From positions 20,956,001 through 21,020,000 of the forward strand of contig NC_043010.1 in assembly GCF_006345805.1 (NCBI RefSeq): a stretch of 64,000 nt of DNA, written 5' to 3'. Shown here piece by piece: positions 14,680 through 28,462 of the stretch. Each line of letters starts with the position of its first letter. The first letter of the stretch is position 1. This stretch comes from Octopus sinensis (lineage: Eukaryota). The translations under genes were made by a program, and so were the position numbers. The notes beneath the pieces were generated by a model, which saw nothing but the letters and a program-made list of their open reading frames with translations, was not told the DNA's origin and made no database searches.

Positions 14680-14910
14680 GTATGTGTGTATACGTATGCG
14701 TGTATATGTTTGTGTGTCTGTTTGTCCCTACCAATATCGCTTGACAACCGATGCTGGTGTGTTTACGTTCTCGTAACATTAGCGATTCGGCAAAAGGAGA
14801 CCGATAGACTAGGTACTAGGCTTACAAAGAATAAGTCCTAGGGTCGAGTTTCTCGACTAAAGGCGGTGCTTCGGCATTGCCGCAGTCATATGAGTCAAAC
14901 AAGTAAAAGA
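14538..14910 (+). mobile_element. SINE family B
   Basis: Same core, internal (TA)n and tail. Confidence 0.85.
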
Positions 14911-15947
14911 ATTTGTTTAACTGATTTGAGAAACCTGTGAAAGTACTTAAATTTAAGGAAGCAGACACACGAAAAGAGGCCCAAAGTCTTGTGAATCGAG
15001 CAAGCATCGGGCATCTATAATAAATAAAACAGTATACGTGGGTGGTGCAGAGAACAGCAACTAGTCCCGCTTATTCTTTTCATTCCGTACGCTTGAAAGT
15101 ACGGAAGTGTTGGTGTTTCATTGTCGCCAATGTGCAGATTACGGAGGGAGTGCTGAAAAGTTATTGGCTTTAAGGGTGTCGCGAAAGGCTTGGTTGGTGG
15201 TCCAATCTTCCGAGTTCTTTTACAAGGCTTAGAAAAACTAAAACTGCTGCAACCAGTGCGTGTATCTGAGAGGGGAATAGAATAAAATCATAATTCACTG
15301 ACCACCCTGTATTTTCTTTCACACAACGTGAGGAACTTTGAAGCACCCCCTCGTACACCAACCGCCACAACAAGACTATTTGTTCAATAGTTGAAGCTTT
15401 GTAAATCATGTGCCATGGAGTCTTATCCGCCAGACACGAGTGCTTGAGTAGAACAAGGTCTCCTTTTAAATTGAGAAAGAGCCGTGCACATATTATACTC
15501 ACTATCTGGTTCTCAGACAATATACTCAGTGGTATGACAACCTGAGCATGTATGAGAAGGCAGAACATTGCCAAGTTTAGATGGCAGAAAGGATCTACAA
15601 AGCTCCGAAAAGCAAGTAAAATGGTGTGTCCAGTCAAGTATTTGCTCTAGTCAATAGGATGGGTCAGTTGACCCCATTAGCGTGCCACCTTCAACTTCGA
15701 AGCTGTGGAGGTTACTTAATTCTTGCCTGATTGGGTTTCGAAAATCACTTTGCTCCACTCACGATGACCTCACCATGCAAATGGTTATAAATGATCACAT
15801 GTTATCAGTACTCTAAAGCGACCTCACCACATACATATATACATGCATGCATACATACATATATACATACATACATACATACATGCATGCATATATACAT
15901 ACATACATGCATGCATACATATATACATACATACAGGCATATGTTTA

Positions 15948-16040
<93 letters not shown>

Positions 16041-16046
16041 TATACG

Positions 16047-16207
16047 TGCAGGAGTGGCTGTGTGGTAAGAAGCTTATTTAGCAACCACATGGTTCCGGAT
16101 TCAGCACCACTGCGTAGCACCTTGGGTAAATGTCTTCTCCTATAGCCTCAGGCCAACCAAAGCCTTGTGGGTGGATTTGGTTGACGGAAACTGAAAGAAG
16201 CCTGTCA
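16047..16207 (+). mobile_element. SINE family B, 5' half
   Basis: GCAGGAGTGGCTGTGTGGTAAGAAGCTT head. Confidence 0.8.
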
Positions 16208-16361
16208 TGTATATATATATATATATATATAATATTATATATGTGTGTGTGGTGTGTGTGCGTGTGTGTGTGTGTTTGTGTGTATACATACATATATACA
16301 TATATACTCAAGTACAATCGAACACTTATACATATGTATACATATGTATACACATATATAC

Positions 16362-16399
<38 letters not shown>

Positions 16400-16493
16400 T
16401 ACTGTATATATATTCATATAAAATATACATATACATATATAAATATATATATTTAAATGGATATATATACAGTATAATATAATATATATTAAA

Positions 16494-16531
<38 letters not shown>

Positions 16532-17269
16532 ATATATATATATTATATATATATATATATAGCTATATATATAATATATATATATATGTAATTAATCCAA
16601 ACATGAAAATACAAAGAGAAAACACAACAACGCGAGGTCGTGGAACAAGTATAGTATTATTGGACGCTCATGTATACACATATGTATACATATGTATAAG
16701 TGTGCGATTGTATTTGTGTATATATGTATATATGTACACATATATACACACTCATAGACATAGTGCATGAGTGCTAATAAATATGTGAATTAAACAAGAT
16801 ATAGATTACAAGCAATAGACGTATAACAGATGACTCTTCATGTATCAAGTGTAATGATCGTGCACTTTGCTAAGTATTCACTCTTATAAATATATTCGTT
16901 TGATGCGACTACAAAACAAGGAACGGCAGAAATCTTAAAACAATTTGATTCGCTTTATTCAATGTCTTTATGCGATCTTGGTCCATTTATGCTTCGAGGA
17001 ATGTCAAAGTTCTATTAAGAAAAGGAGTCTTTCATGATTTCTTAATTGTTCCAAGAAACGTGAATTCTTAAACACTTTTTCTTTATATGTATTAAGAGTT
17101 TGGTAAGACAAAAGAAGGTGCTGGGTGGTAGGAACGGGTGATTGACGAATAAAATGCCATACTGTCTGTATTTAAGTTTGTTTACTAAGTTCAGACTTGC
17201 CGATGTCAAAATAACTCACATCTGCCTGGAGTAGATGAAATAAAGTAGCAGGCTTCTCTGGGAAGTTAG

Positions 17270-17720
<451 letters not shown>

Positions 17721-18983
17721 GCATTTTGATTTTTCGATTTAAAAACATTTATGGCTTGTGTCCATTTTAGACATGAATTGCTTTTTGGAGCGGCAAGTGT
17801 AGCACATTGGCAACTTTGTTAGAAAAGGGCGGGAAAAATTGGACTTGCAAAGTTTATTTTGAATCCTTTCGTTGTGAGATCAAACTTCACCAAATTCGGC
17901 ATTATATTTTATCATTCAGAAGTTGAGGAAAAAAAGGATCATCCAATTCCGTAGACCTATTTAACCCATTCACTGCAAAATCTTTTATTCATACTTTTTG
18001 GCTTTGCAAGATGTCTTAAGAATTAAAATAATGTATAGTATTTAAATTGTCTTCGTATGTGAATTATTTTGGAAATTATGATAGATTTTTCGAAAAGTCT
18101 TAAATGGGGAGCGCTGAAAAAAAAAAAGCATATTTATCCTTTTCTATTCAATTGTAATAATAAACATTTTAATTTTTTATTCTTTTTTTTCAAACTATAG
18201 TATCAAATGCGAATGTGTATGAAATATCAATAAATGATATAGATGGTGGGGGAAAAGGTTTTCAAAGCATTCGATATTTTTGTAGTTAAAAAATTGCGAT
18301 TTATTACATAAAATGTCCTCTAGAATTAGCCAGAGCTAATAATGACAAACTTTACTTACTAATTATTGTTAAACACATCTCTGCAAATATGTACACAAGC
18401 AATTCAAATACAACGAACAACCAGCAGTAAGACTGTTTATAGCAGATCCCCAAATGGGGCTCATGGCAGGCAATGGGTAAAGCAACTGTTGACTGTTTCC
18501 TAAATGTTTAGCCTTTGCCGTGGACAGAACTAAACAATTTGGTGAGGAAAAACATACAAAAACCAAAAAACAAACGAATAAACAGTGTAGGGAGAGGGAG
18601 GTTGATTAACAGAATCTAGAGTACGATGGATTAACTGTCGCGTAACATTTTAGAAAATTACTTTTTGTAAATCTCACAACGAGAGATATTCAGCAACAGT
18701 ACTTTGGAGTAAAGATTATTTGCCAACATAACATGGCTGTCATGGTTTTGGGCTGATGTTGCTGTAATTTGGCCCCAGGAGACATCATCTCCAGTTGGCT
18801 ATACGACACGATCTGTGTCCTTATATATTCGAACAATTTATAGATCAGTGACTAGTTGTCACTTTGAAACTAGATGTTTGGAACGGGAATTTTTATATTT
18901 TTGTGAACTGTTTATTGTTAATTTTTACTGGTTATTTTTCTAAAACTTTTTCTTGTCTTTCGTGACAAGTTTCTATATGGAAT

Positions 18984-20640
18984 TTGACCTTGCGTCAAAA
19001 GAAGAATTTTCCCGAGATGGGAGAAGAAAAAAGAAGTGTAAACCAAAAGGATACCAGGGAAAAGCAGAGTTTTTCAGCCGCCGTGGGCGGAAGCGTTATG
19101 GAACTTGAAGTAGCAATGGACCAGCTATTCAAGTTTAAAAATTTAATTTTAAAAAGTGGAGAGGAGACCAAGTTGGTGCCGCCCATTGAGACAGTACAAG
19201 CCATAAAGGAAAAAAAACAGTTGTGTACAAGGTCTACAACATCAAAGAAAATAGAATAATGGAGGTAAAATATGAAGCAGTGAAAAAGTGCATGGCGCCT
19301 ATCTGGAACAAAGTACGCTACGTTAGCCGAGGAGTAAGAAGTGCAACAACTGGGGCACATTTCGAGTCGGCTAGCGTAGCCAAGGTGTCTACGCAAATGT
19401 TGAAAAACGAGAAGATAATGCTGCTGCCCACTTACTTGGGTCGCAGGACGGCAAAGGTGACAGTAGAGGAAATCCAAGTAGGGTATGAGGTAATGTGGGT
19501 AGTGGCTGCAGCAGTGTACGACGTGGAGGAGAAAATTACAAAGCTGCAAATGAGGAAAAAGGAAGCGGTTAACTGGCGGGGACAATCCTTAGAAATGGTC
19601 ATTCAAGCGGACAATGCGACACTTGAAAATTTGCCTGATAGGGTGTTTGTAAAGGACGGGCATACAATTCGTGTGTCGGTAGAGGGACGTAGGCCCAGAT
19701 GCTTTAAATGTAGGCAGAAGGGCCACGTTCGCTCCACGAGTACTAAGAAAAAAGGAAATGAAGCCCCTCCTCAAAACGCAGAGAAAGAGGAAGGACAAAT
19801 TGGAATAATACCAGCGAAAGGAAAAGATAAAAAAAACAAACGAAAGAAAATACACAAGAGGAAACAGAAGAGATGGAGTTTACCCAGGTAACTCACAAAA
19901 GGAAGAAAACAAACACCCTGGACTCCCCACCCCAAACAAAAAAAATAACTACAGACGAACAACACAAAAAAAATTCCCCAGTCCCACCCCGCACTACGTT
20001 AACTGGAAAACAGTTCGCTAAACACCTCTCCGCAGACATAAAAGGTTTGAAAACCAAATGAAAAAATCATTGCTTTTCATGAGAATAACGAGGAAGTATT
20101 TCGGTACATAAAAGTACATCCAAAAGTAAAACTTTTTAATAAAACGGCAGACAATAAGCCTGACGTTCGCTATGCGAAAGTCGGTAAGGGAGAATGGAAG
20201 GAGAAAATCCTTCAAGAACATTTAAAGGACAACGCAATAAAAGACGTTACCCAAGAGGTGATAGCTGGTAAAGTAAGTATTAGCCCGGCAGCCACACCAA
20301 CCCAGAGCCCGGTAGCAACGCCAGTGAAAAGCCCAGCTGCTACGGGGAGTGTCGGGGAAGCAGGCGGACAAAAGCTGTCATGCTCCCTTTCTCAACCGTA
20401 AGTAAAATATTTTTCTTTCATCAATGTTTAAGTTAGACTGTGAATGTGCGTGGAATAAGAAAAAAATAGGTTAGCATTCGACAACCGGGATCGATTTAAA
20501 CATCTATAAAGCTTTCCTCCACCACCACCATGAGTATGGTACAGTGGAGTTCAACAAAAGTTAAACGGGTGGCAGATTTTGAAGAGCTCGTGAGTACGTT
20601 CGTAAACACAACAGCAGCGCCGTCTTAGATACGCAAGCAG
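18984..20640 (+). mobile_element. L1/Tx1-like non-LTR retrotransposon remnant: frameshifted gag-like ORF1 plus start of ORF2
   Basis: EGRRPRCFKCRQKGHVRSTS zinc knuckle (last Cys>Ser). ORF1 pieces run to TAA at 20398-20400. NVRGIR endonuclease start motif at about 20443-20460, then truncated. Confidence 0.7.
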
Positions 20641-20689
20641 AGTTCCATTTCAATGTTGGATTTCAAAAATGTGTATTTTAATTCATTTC

Positions 20690-20888
20690 TTTTATTCTTT
20701 TACTTGTTTTCAGTCATTTGATTGTGGCCATGCTGGAACACCTCCTTTAGTCGAACAAATCGACCCCAGCACTTATTCTTTGTAGGCCTAGTCTATCGGT
20801 CATTTTTGCTGAACCGCTAAGTTACAGGGACGTAGACACATCAACATCGGTTGTCAAGCGATGGTGACGGGGACGAACGCGCACACAG

Positions 20889-20945
<57 letters not shown>

Positions 20946-21113
20946 ACATACATACATACTCACAAACACGACGTTTTACTTTCAGTTACCGTCTACCAAA
21001 TCCACTTGCAAGGCTTTGGTCCGCCCGAGGTGCCCAAGGTGCCACGCACTGGGACTGAACTTGGAACCATGTGATTGAGAAGCAAGCTTCTTATCCCACA
21101 GCCACTCCTGCGC
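20690..21113 (-). mobile_element. SINE family B
   Basis: Complete reverse-complement copy with internal (CA)n. Confidence 0.82.
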
Positions 21114-21137
21114 CAAATACTTAATATTTAGTTAGAT

Positions 21138-21510
21138 TTTCCGCCGAGGTCAACTTTGCCTTTCATCCTTTCCGAGGTCAATAAAATAAGTACCAGTTAC
21201 GCACTGGGGTCGATGTAGTCGGCTTACCCCACCCCTGAAATTATTGACGGTGTGTAAAACTTGCAAATCGATATTTAGCTAAACAAAGGCGGCGAGCTGG
21301 CTGAATCGTAAGCTCGCCAGGCGATATACTTAGTGGCATTTCGTCTGTCTTCGAGTTCTGAGTTCAAGTTCCACTGTGGTCGACTTTGCCCTTCATTTTT
21401 TTTCGGGGTCGACAAAATAGGTACCAGTTGAGTAGTGGGGTCGATGTCATCTACTTATCTCACTCACCCAACCTGAACTTACTGGCCTTGTGCCAAAATT
21501 TGAAAGCAAT
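21138..21510 (+). mobile_element. Two adjacent SINE family A copies (21138-21270 partial; 21286-21510)
   Basis: Family A core and tail motifs present twice. Confidence 0.75.
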
Positions 21511-21609
21511 ATTTAGCTTGATTGAGTTTCGTGTTAAATGAACATGAATTAAATTACTTTCTGAAAGTAAAACAACATGAAACATATTTCATTTGAGGAA
21601 GTCAGTAGA

Positions 21610-21769
21610 CAAGAAGAGAGAGGGAGAGAGAGGGAGAGAGAGGGAGAGAGAGGGAGATAGAGGGAGAGAGAGAGAGAGCGATCAAGTGACAGAGAGAGAG
21701 AGAGAACGTTAAATGAGAGGTAGAGAAAGAGAAAGAGAAAGTGAGTGATCAAGTGAGAGAGAGAGAACT

Positions 21770-21808
<39 letters not shown>

Positions 21809-21910
21809 TCTAGTGTGTGTGTGTGAGAGAGAGAGATAACGATTAAGTGAGAGGGAGAAAGAGAGAAAGAGAGAGGGGTGGAATCTGGAGAGAAAGAGAA
21901 AGAAAGCGAG
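21610..21910. repeat. Degenerate (AG)n purine tract
   Basis: Directly visible. Confidence 0.85.
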
Positions 21911-21976
21911 AGAAAGACATGTGGGATTAGAATGAGAAAATTAATAAACATGGTGATGACGATGATGATGTTAGTA

Positions 21977-22025
<49 letters not shown>

Positions 22026-22412
22026 AACAATAACAATGAGATGAATATGAAAAGTGAGTGTAGTAAGTGAGAGAGCTTAGTGGCAAAATTCTGCTGACAG
22101 CCGGATAATCCTTTTGCAATTTACACACTTGAATTTCATTGGCAGACATTAAAGTGCTGCTCACATAGTTGAAACTTCGCTCCTCTTCTGGCTCCTACTC
22201 ATCGTACATAACATCCTCGACTGTGTCCTTCCCACCCGCACACAAAACACATCCCAGATCGCTTCTTTATACCCAGCCCCACCCCTTGCTCTTTAAAACA
22301 AAAACAAAACAAAAAAATCAAAAAGATTATTCAGCTGATTTGCAGAAGTTTAGTCGCCATTACCATTACAATCGCTTAGTCTACAGAATCTACTGATTCT
22401 TCATCACCTATG

Positions 22413-22440
22413 GCAACTGCTGCTGCTGCTGCTACTACTG

Positions 22441-22510
<70 letters not shown>

Positions 22511-22550
22511 CATCACCACCACCACCACCACCATCACCACCACCACTACC

Positions 22551-22645
<95 letters not shown>
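22413..22645. repeat. (CTG)/(CTA)/(CCA) compound trinucleotide array
   Basis: Directly visible. Confidence 0.95.
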
Positions 22646-23299
22646 GTTACTTCCGAGTAGAAAATGACATGTCTCCTTACCTGTGTCCGCGTGATGCATT
22701 TGTCTCTCTTTGTATGACCCCTATCGTAATCCAACACTGAATATTTATGTACTCAACCCTTTTATCGCTTTTTGCTGGGAAATCTTCTCCTTTGGAACTT
22801 CCATCTTTCTCGTGTTTGCTTTTTCTCCCAACTGGAATCAACCAACTGCAATTCGACTTAATGTCGCCTGCATTCATGCCATCCTTAAAGGAGCGCTTGC
22901 ACGGGTTACCTACGCTAAACCCAACTGATAATGGAACACAAAAGCCAAAATTCTCTAGCACTAAAGATTTCATACAAACACACACACCCACACACACAAA
23001 CACACACACACACGCTCGCACGCGCACACGCTCGCACGCGCACACAAATGTAGCGGAATCCTTGATTTTCTTTGCCCGTTTCCTGACACCCCTTGAAACA
23101 TATAGATTAGAACAGGAGTTCTCAACGATTATTAATCTACGTACCCCTTCGATTACTATTTTATTCTGATGGACCACTATATCCATTCGATGTTCAAAAT
23201 CTAGTTTTGTAGAATTTTCTTTCAAAATTCCTATTTTGTTTTACATTCATTAATTTGTAAAATTTTGAAAGCAACAAGGCCAAAATCATGGATCCCTAC

Positions 23300-23557
23300 A
23301 TAGTAACAAGGAGGTAATTTGGAATGACGAGCAACTCGTTCAAGGAAAGATACATACAACACTTGGCGTCATTCAGGGACAAAAATAAAAGATATGCGAC
23401 ATCCTTATTCAATATGATATGGACATTGAAAGAAGGAGGAGTAAGCAACCCCCAGATAACGTGGAGCTTCATTGCTAAAGTTAGAAAATACAGAGGACGG
23501 GGTACCAAATGTAAGCTCTGTATCACTAAAAAGCTAAATATCACAGTCAATAGGTGA
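23300..23557 (+). pseudogene. Penelope-like GIY-YIG endonuclease fragment (second family)
   Basis: GMTSNSFKERYIQHLASFRDKNKRYATSL..IWTLK...ITWSF...KCKLC; same motif order as the 27-28 kb domain. Confidence 0.78.
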
Positions 23558-23702
23558 CATCTTAATATTCTCTCCCTGCATACACAAACAATATTTCACA
23601 CTCAAACATTTCTCGTCATTACAAATTACATACATACATACATACATACATGCATACATACACACATACATACACACACACACATACACACACACACACA
23701 CA

Positions 23703-23759
<57 letters not shown>

Positions 23760-23760
<1 letters not shown>

Positions 23761-23920
23761 CGACGGGCTTCTTTCAGTGTCGTCTACAAAATCTACTCAC
23801 AATACTTTGGTCGGCATGAGGCTATGGTAGGAGGCACCTGCCCAAGATGCCACGCAGTGGACTGAACCCGGAACCATGTGTTTGGTAAGCCACGCTACTT
23901 ACCACACAGCCCCTCATGCG

Positions 23921-23922
<2 letters not shown>
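23760..23922 (-). mobile_element. SINE family B, 5' half
   Basis: CGACGGGCTTCTTTCAGT...GGACTGAACCCGGAACCATGTG. Confidence 0.78.
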
Positions 23923-23991
<69 letters not shown>

Positions 23992-24494
23992 GTATATATG
24001 TATGTATGTATGTATGTTTGTTTGTATCTATCTATCTATATGTGTGTGTTTGTATTCTTCTGCTGAATTTGCTCACAAGGAATCGGTCAATCTGAGACTA
24101 TGGTGCAGCATTCGACTCAAAAAGAGGGAATCTGAACCGCACCGTTCCTTGCCGTACGACCACGCCTACAACTAGAAACGATCAACCAGCATCACTATTA
24201 CAGTGTGAACCGTAACACCTACAAGTTTCCAATACAACAGCTGGAGCCGTTTTAATGTTATATAACTAGTGGAATCGATATTCCAACTTAATTGATTATA
24301 TTTCACAGCTTTCATTTCAAGCAGAAAATTATCAGAGTCGTTTAAAAATCAGAGAGAACGCCTTCCGCTATTTTTCTAAGCTTTTGAGTTCAAATTTCGC
24401 TGAGGTTAATTTTGCCTTCCATGTTCTCATCGTCGGACGCTGGAGGGAACACTTTTCAACAGAATGCAACAGAAAATCTTCTCATATCACACGG

Positions 24495-24675
24495 CAGCGG
24501 CAGAATTGTTAGCGCGCTGCACAAAGCGCTTACCGGCATATCGTCTGTCTTTACGATCTTATTTCAAACTCTGCCGATGGCTACTTTACCTTCCGGGGTT
24601 AAGAACTAGAATCAATGTAATCGATTTACCTTAACCCCAGAATTGGTGGCCTGGTGTCAAAATCTGAGACCAATA
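24495..24675 (+). mobile_element. SINE family A, degenerate
   Basis: GGCAGAATTGTTAGCGCGC head and tail motif. Confidence 0.6.
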
Positions 24676-25162
24676 TTTCACTCGGTTAATGGTGGGGCGT
24701 TCGTGAAGTTATAGAAGTGCATATAATGTCCTTATGTACCTACCGTTTTACATTATTGGTTTTAATTACCATTATGATTTCGAACGGTGCACGGTATACG
24801 GTGGTTCTTCAAACGCTTAACAAAAATGGGGAATTTGGCAAGGTTTTCCTATTTTTTTAAAAAACTCATCCTGGGTTTTGTTTGTCCCTTGCAATCAGTA
24901 GCATTGTACAGTGAGAATTGTTTGGAGAGAACATGTCTCAAATGATGAAAAGTTGAATGGGAGATTGACAGCGTCTTTTTATTGAAGAATTTATATATTA
25001 CCGGAACTGTCCAATGACGTCATCAGGGGATTATAAAGTACAGAACATAACGGAGATCATCTGGGGTAGAATTTGATCTCGAAACTGCCGAAGGAATCGA
25101 GAGAAGAAACAATTCAGGAAAAGCAAGAACAATCTTAGGAAAACAGGTAGAATCGTTAACAA

Positions 25163-25547
25163 GAGTGGCTGTGTGGTAAGTAGCTTGTTTACCAGCCACG
25201 TGGTTCTGGGTTCAGTCCCACTGCGTGGCACCTTGGGCAAGTGTCTTCTACTATAGCCTCGGGCCGACCAAAGCCTTGTGGGTAGATTTAGTAGACGGAA
25301 ACTGGAAGAAGCCCGTCGTATATATGTATATATGTGTGTGTGTCTTTGTTTGACCCCCCCATCATCGCTTGATAACCGATGCTGGTGTGTTTACGTCTCC
25401 CTAACTTAGCGGTTCGGCAAAAGAGACCGATAGTATAAGTACTAGGCTTACAAAGAATAAGTCCTGGGGTCGATCTTCTCGACTAAAGGCGGTGCTCCAG
25501 CATGGCCGCAGTCAAATGACCAAAACAAGTAAAAGAGTAAAAGAGAT
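25163..25547 (+). mobile_element. SINE family B, complete and well preserved
   Basis: Head GAGTGGCTGTGTGGTAAG..GGTTCAGTCCC, core, tail ending (GTAAAAGA)n. Confidence 0.9.
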
Positions 25548-25789
25548 TCGGAAACAATGTCTTGCAGTGCTTCTTTCGGCTCTTTATGTTCTGAGTTCAA
25601 ATCCTACCGAAGCCAAGTTTGTTATTCATACTTTCGTGAATCAATAAAATAAAGAACTAATAAGGTTCTGGATCAATATAATCAACAAACAGACTCCCAA
25701 AAGGATTTGGTCTTCTGCTTAATTTAGGGAAAATTTTTATTATTCCGTAGAGTGGCAAGAAAAGTGAGAAGATGAAACGTTTTGATCAT

Positions 25790-25930
25790 ATGCTGTATAG
25801 TAACCCAATCACATGGTTCCGGGTCCAGTTTCACCGCGTGGCACCTTCGGTGAGTATCTTTTGCTATAGTCAACAAAAATCTTGGGAGTGGATTTGGGAG
25901 GCGGAAATTAAAGGAAACTCGCCGTATATA
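25790..25930 (+). mobile_element. SINE family B, degenerate 5' half
   Basis: CACATGGTTCCGGGTCCAGTTTCACCGCGTGGCACCTT. Confidence 0.6.
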
Positions 25931-26119
25931 TATATATATTATATATATATATATATATTGAGTAATTGAATGAATTATCTTATTAAGGATAATTCGAAAG
26001 ATAACCGATACCTGGGTAGCAAATTCACATCAGAAAGAACACGGTTGAAGCTACGTCCCTAGGGCATAGACTACGTGTCTTCGTGCGGAAATTTGTATGT
26101 TTATTTTAAAATTATAAGT

Positions 26120-27012
26120 ATATGAAAGAATGGAGTTGAACGACTAGTTAACAAATATCCTTTATTCTCGACATATGTTTCGAAGGCTGCATATTCCTAA
26201 TTCCGAAGGAATAAGGAGTACATTATGCAGATTTCTCATCAGGAAAATCAAGGAACTTATGTAGACATCAAAATGCACCAAAAACTTTTAGCTGACCGCT
26301 CCCAAGGAGCCCATGGCGATAATGAGTGTCTCTTTATAATGAGTGACGTCAGAGTGGCTGAATGTAGAAGAATCTAGAAGTTTCTAAAGGTTCAAGAGTT
26401 CAAACGAAGTAGGAGGCGGGAGGCATAAGAATAGTAAGGTGAGAGGGTGCAGGTCAAAAGAATGGTGGGTTTAAATGATTTCTTTTGTGAATGAGTACCT
26501 GTGTGTGTGACTGTATATAACTGTCTTAATGTGTGTATGTGTGTGTCTGAATGCGTGATTGTGTTTGTGGATGGGTAGATGTCAGAAAACTGACAGCTGT
26601 GAGGTGAAAGATCTGTGTCTGTGTGTTCGATTATGTTTACTGTAGAGAAAGGAAAGTAGATAGCGAAAGGGAGAAAGAATCGGGCGAGGTGAGAGGCAAC
26701 GCAAGAATGGATAGTAGTAATTGGGAATATAAGAAAATCTTTTTGATTATTGGGGTGAAATATAGGAAAACGTTTTTGGGAAACCGAGGGGTTATCTATA
26801 TTAGTAACTATTTATATGAGTGAAAGGTGTGTCTTTTCCAGTGTAAACACCTGTAGGATCTTTCGACGATTGTGTTTATTAAAGGGCCTTTGGCGAACAA
26901 AATATGAAAAAGTTCGGAATTACAGATGCCACAAAATTTTCTGCCTTTATCAAACGGGAAGGACACCGACAAAATGGACCATTCGAGCTTGAACGTAGTG
27001 TTATTGTTCTTC
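26120..27012 (-). mobile_element. Inverted 5' copy of the Penelope-like 3' end/pseudo-LTR
   Basis: Reverse complement matches 28017-28462 joined to 32049-32494 with only scattered substitutions. Confidence 0.93.
26158..26254 (-). ncRNA. Minimal type-I hammerhead ribozyme in pLTR, intact core
   Basis: Minus strand: TCCTTGATTTTC-CTGATGA-[G..CTGCATA..TATGCAG..C]-GAAAC-ATAT-GTC-GAGAATAAAGGA. 12-position stem I with one mismatch; palindromic ACATATGT stem III. Confidence 0.88.
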
Positions 27013-28250
27013 CGGCCCATCCTAAACTAAGATCTACCCATCAAGATAAGATAACTTCTAATAATAATATAAATAACATAAATAGTGATTTCAGCTCTAG
27101 CAACGCCGACACAAATATATTTTACAATAATAACTTACGGACCAGGGGAGGCCAGCGTAAACCTAAACCCATTCTACAACACAGAAATATACCCTTTAAT
27201 GTAAATGTCAACACTCTCAGCCATTCCAAGAACAAAAAAAAACTATATCTGGTTTGTGATTCCTTTCGGGAGACAAATCAGGTCTAATCTCCCTTTACAA
27301 TTCCGTGAAGCCGTTACTAAGAATTTTCCTAGGAATTCTAGATACTACTCCACTATAAATTCGCATAAAGTAAGAATAGCATTCTCAAATACTAAAAATC
27401 TTTCGCAGATAATAGCTTCCCACAATAATAAGCTGCTAAATAGGGTCTCTCCACCCATGAGTAGCGACACCGCCCTTACCCATTCCAACGTAACATACAT
27501 TAATAATAATAATAGAAGTAGTATGGATATTAGCAACATTCATAGCAGCATTATCGTTAGCAATAGTAATAATGATAATAACATTAGCCAGAGTATTAAC
27601 AGTGGTGGTGTTAGTGGTAATAGTACCAGCATTCTTAATAACAGTTATATTATTGATGATAACAATCGCAGCATTCCTATAGCCAGGGAATTTGACGACA
27701 ATATTACGACTAATAGTAATGATAATAAGATGAATAGTATCGTGACCAAAGCCAGCAACAATTTTTACACCTATCACAACAATAAAAACTCTGTCTTAGT
27801 ATCGGAAACCAACCCCAACAGATTAAAGTTCTTATCCAAAAATTCCAAAATTAGAAACACCACTTACCAATGCAAAATCTCTTCTGGAACCGATGTCTAC
27901 TTCTATATTGGCGAAACCTCTTCCAAATTATCCCAAAGGATCTCCAACCATTATTCCACTTTCAGAGATAAGAGAAAGCAACACAGCACGGGGCTAAGCA
28001 AAATAGTCTGGCGCCTGAAGAACAATAACACTACGTTCAAGCTCGAATGGTCCATTTTGTCGGTGTCCTTCCCGTTTGATAAAGGCAGAAAATTTTGTGG
28101 CATCTGTAATTCCGAACTTTTTCATATTTTGTTCGCCAAAGGCCCTTTAATAAACACAATCGTCGAAAGATCCTAGAGGTGTTTACACTGGAAAAGGCAC
28201 ACCTTTCACTCATATAAATAGTGACTAATATAGATAACCCCTCGGTTTCC
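27013..28250 (+). pseudogene. Penelope-like element C-terminal region with GIY-YIG endonuclease; 5'-truncated, no RT motifs
   Basis: KNYIWFVIPF...KNFP...KVRIAFSNTKNLSQIIASHNNKLL linker; YQC...YIGET...RISNH; CGICNSE; LINTIVE. Frameshift in an A-run near 27235; premature TAG at 28174-28176. Confidence 0.88.
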
Positions 28251-28462
28251 AAAAACTTTTTCCTATATTTCACCCCAATAGTCAAAAAGATTTTCTTATA
28301 TTCCCAATTACTACTATCCATTCTTGCGTTGCCTCTCACCTCGCCCGATTCTTTCTCCCTTTCGCTATCTACTTTCCTTTCTCTACAGTAAACATAATCG
28401 AACACACAGACACAGATCTTTCACCTCACAGCTGTCAGTTTTCTGACATCTACCCATCCACA

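Noticed and set aside
15170-15780. 155-aa minus ORF and a stop-riddled plus frame ending ...ENHFAPL
   Set aside because: No recognisable family and multiple stops; similarity to protease-like motifs is too weak.
22677-23225. Overlapping 182-aa and 140-aa ORFs
   Set aside because: They span a (CA)n tract, and no motif or consistent splice structure was found.
23119-23230. hAT-like terminus CAGGAGTTCTCAAC
   Set aside because: No partner TIR or 8-bp TSD found.
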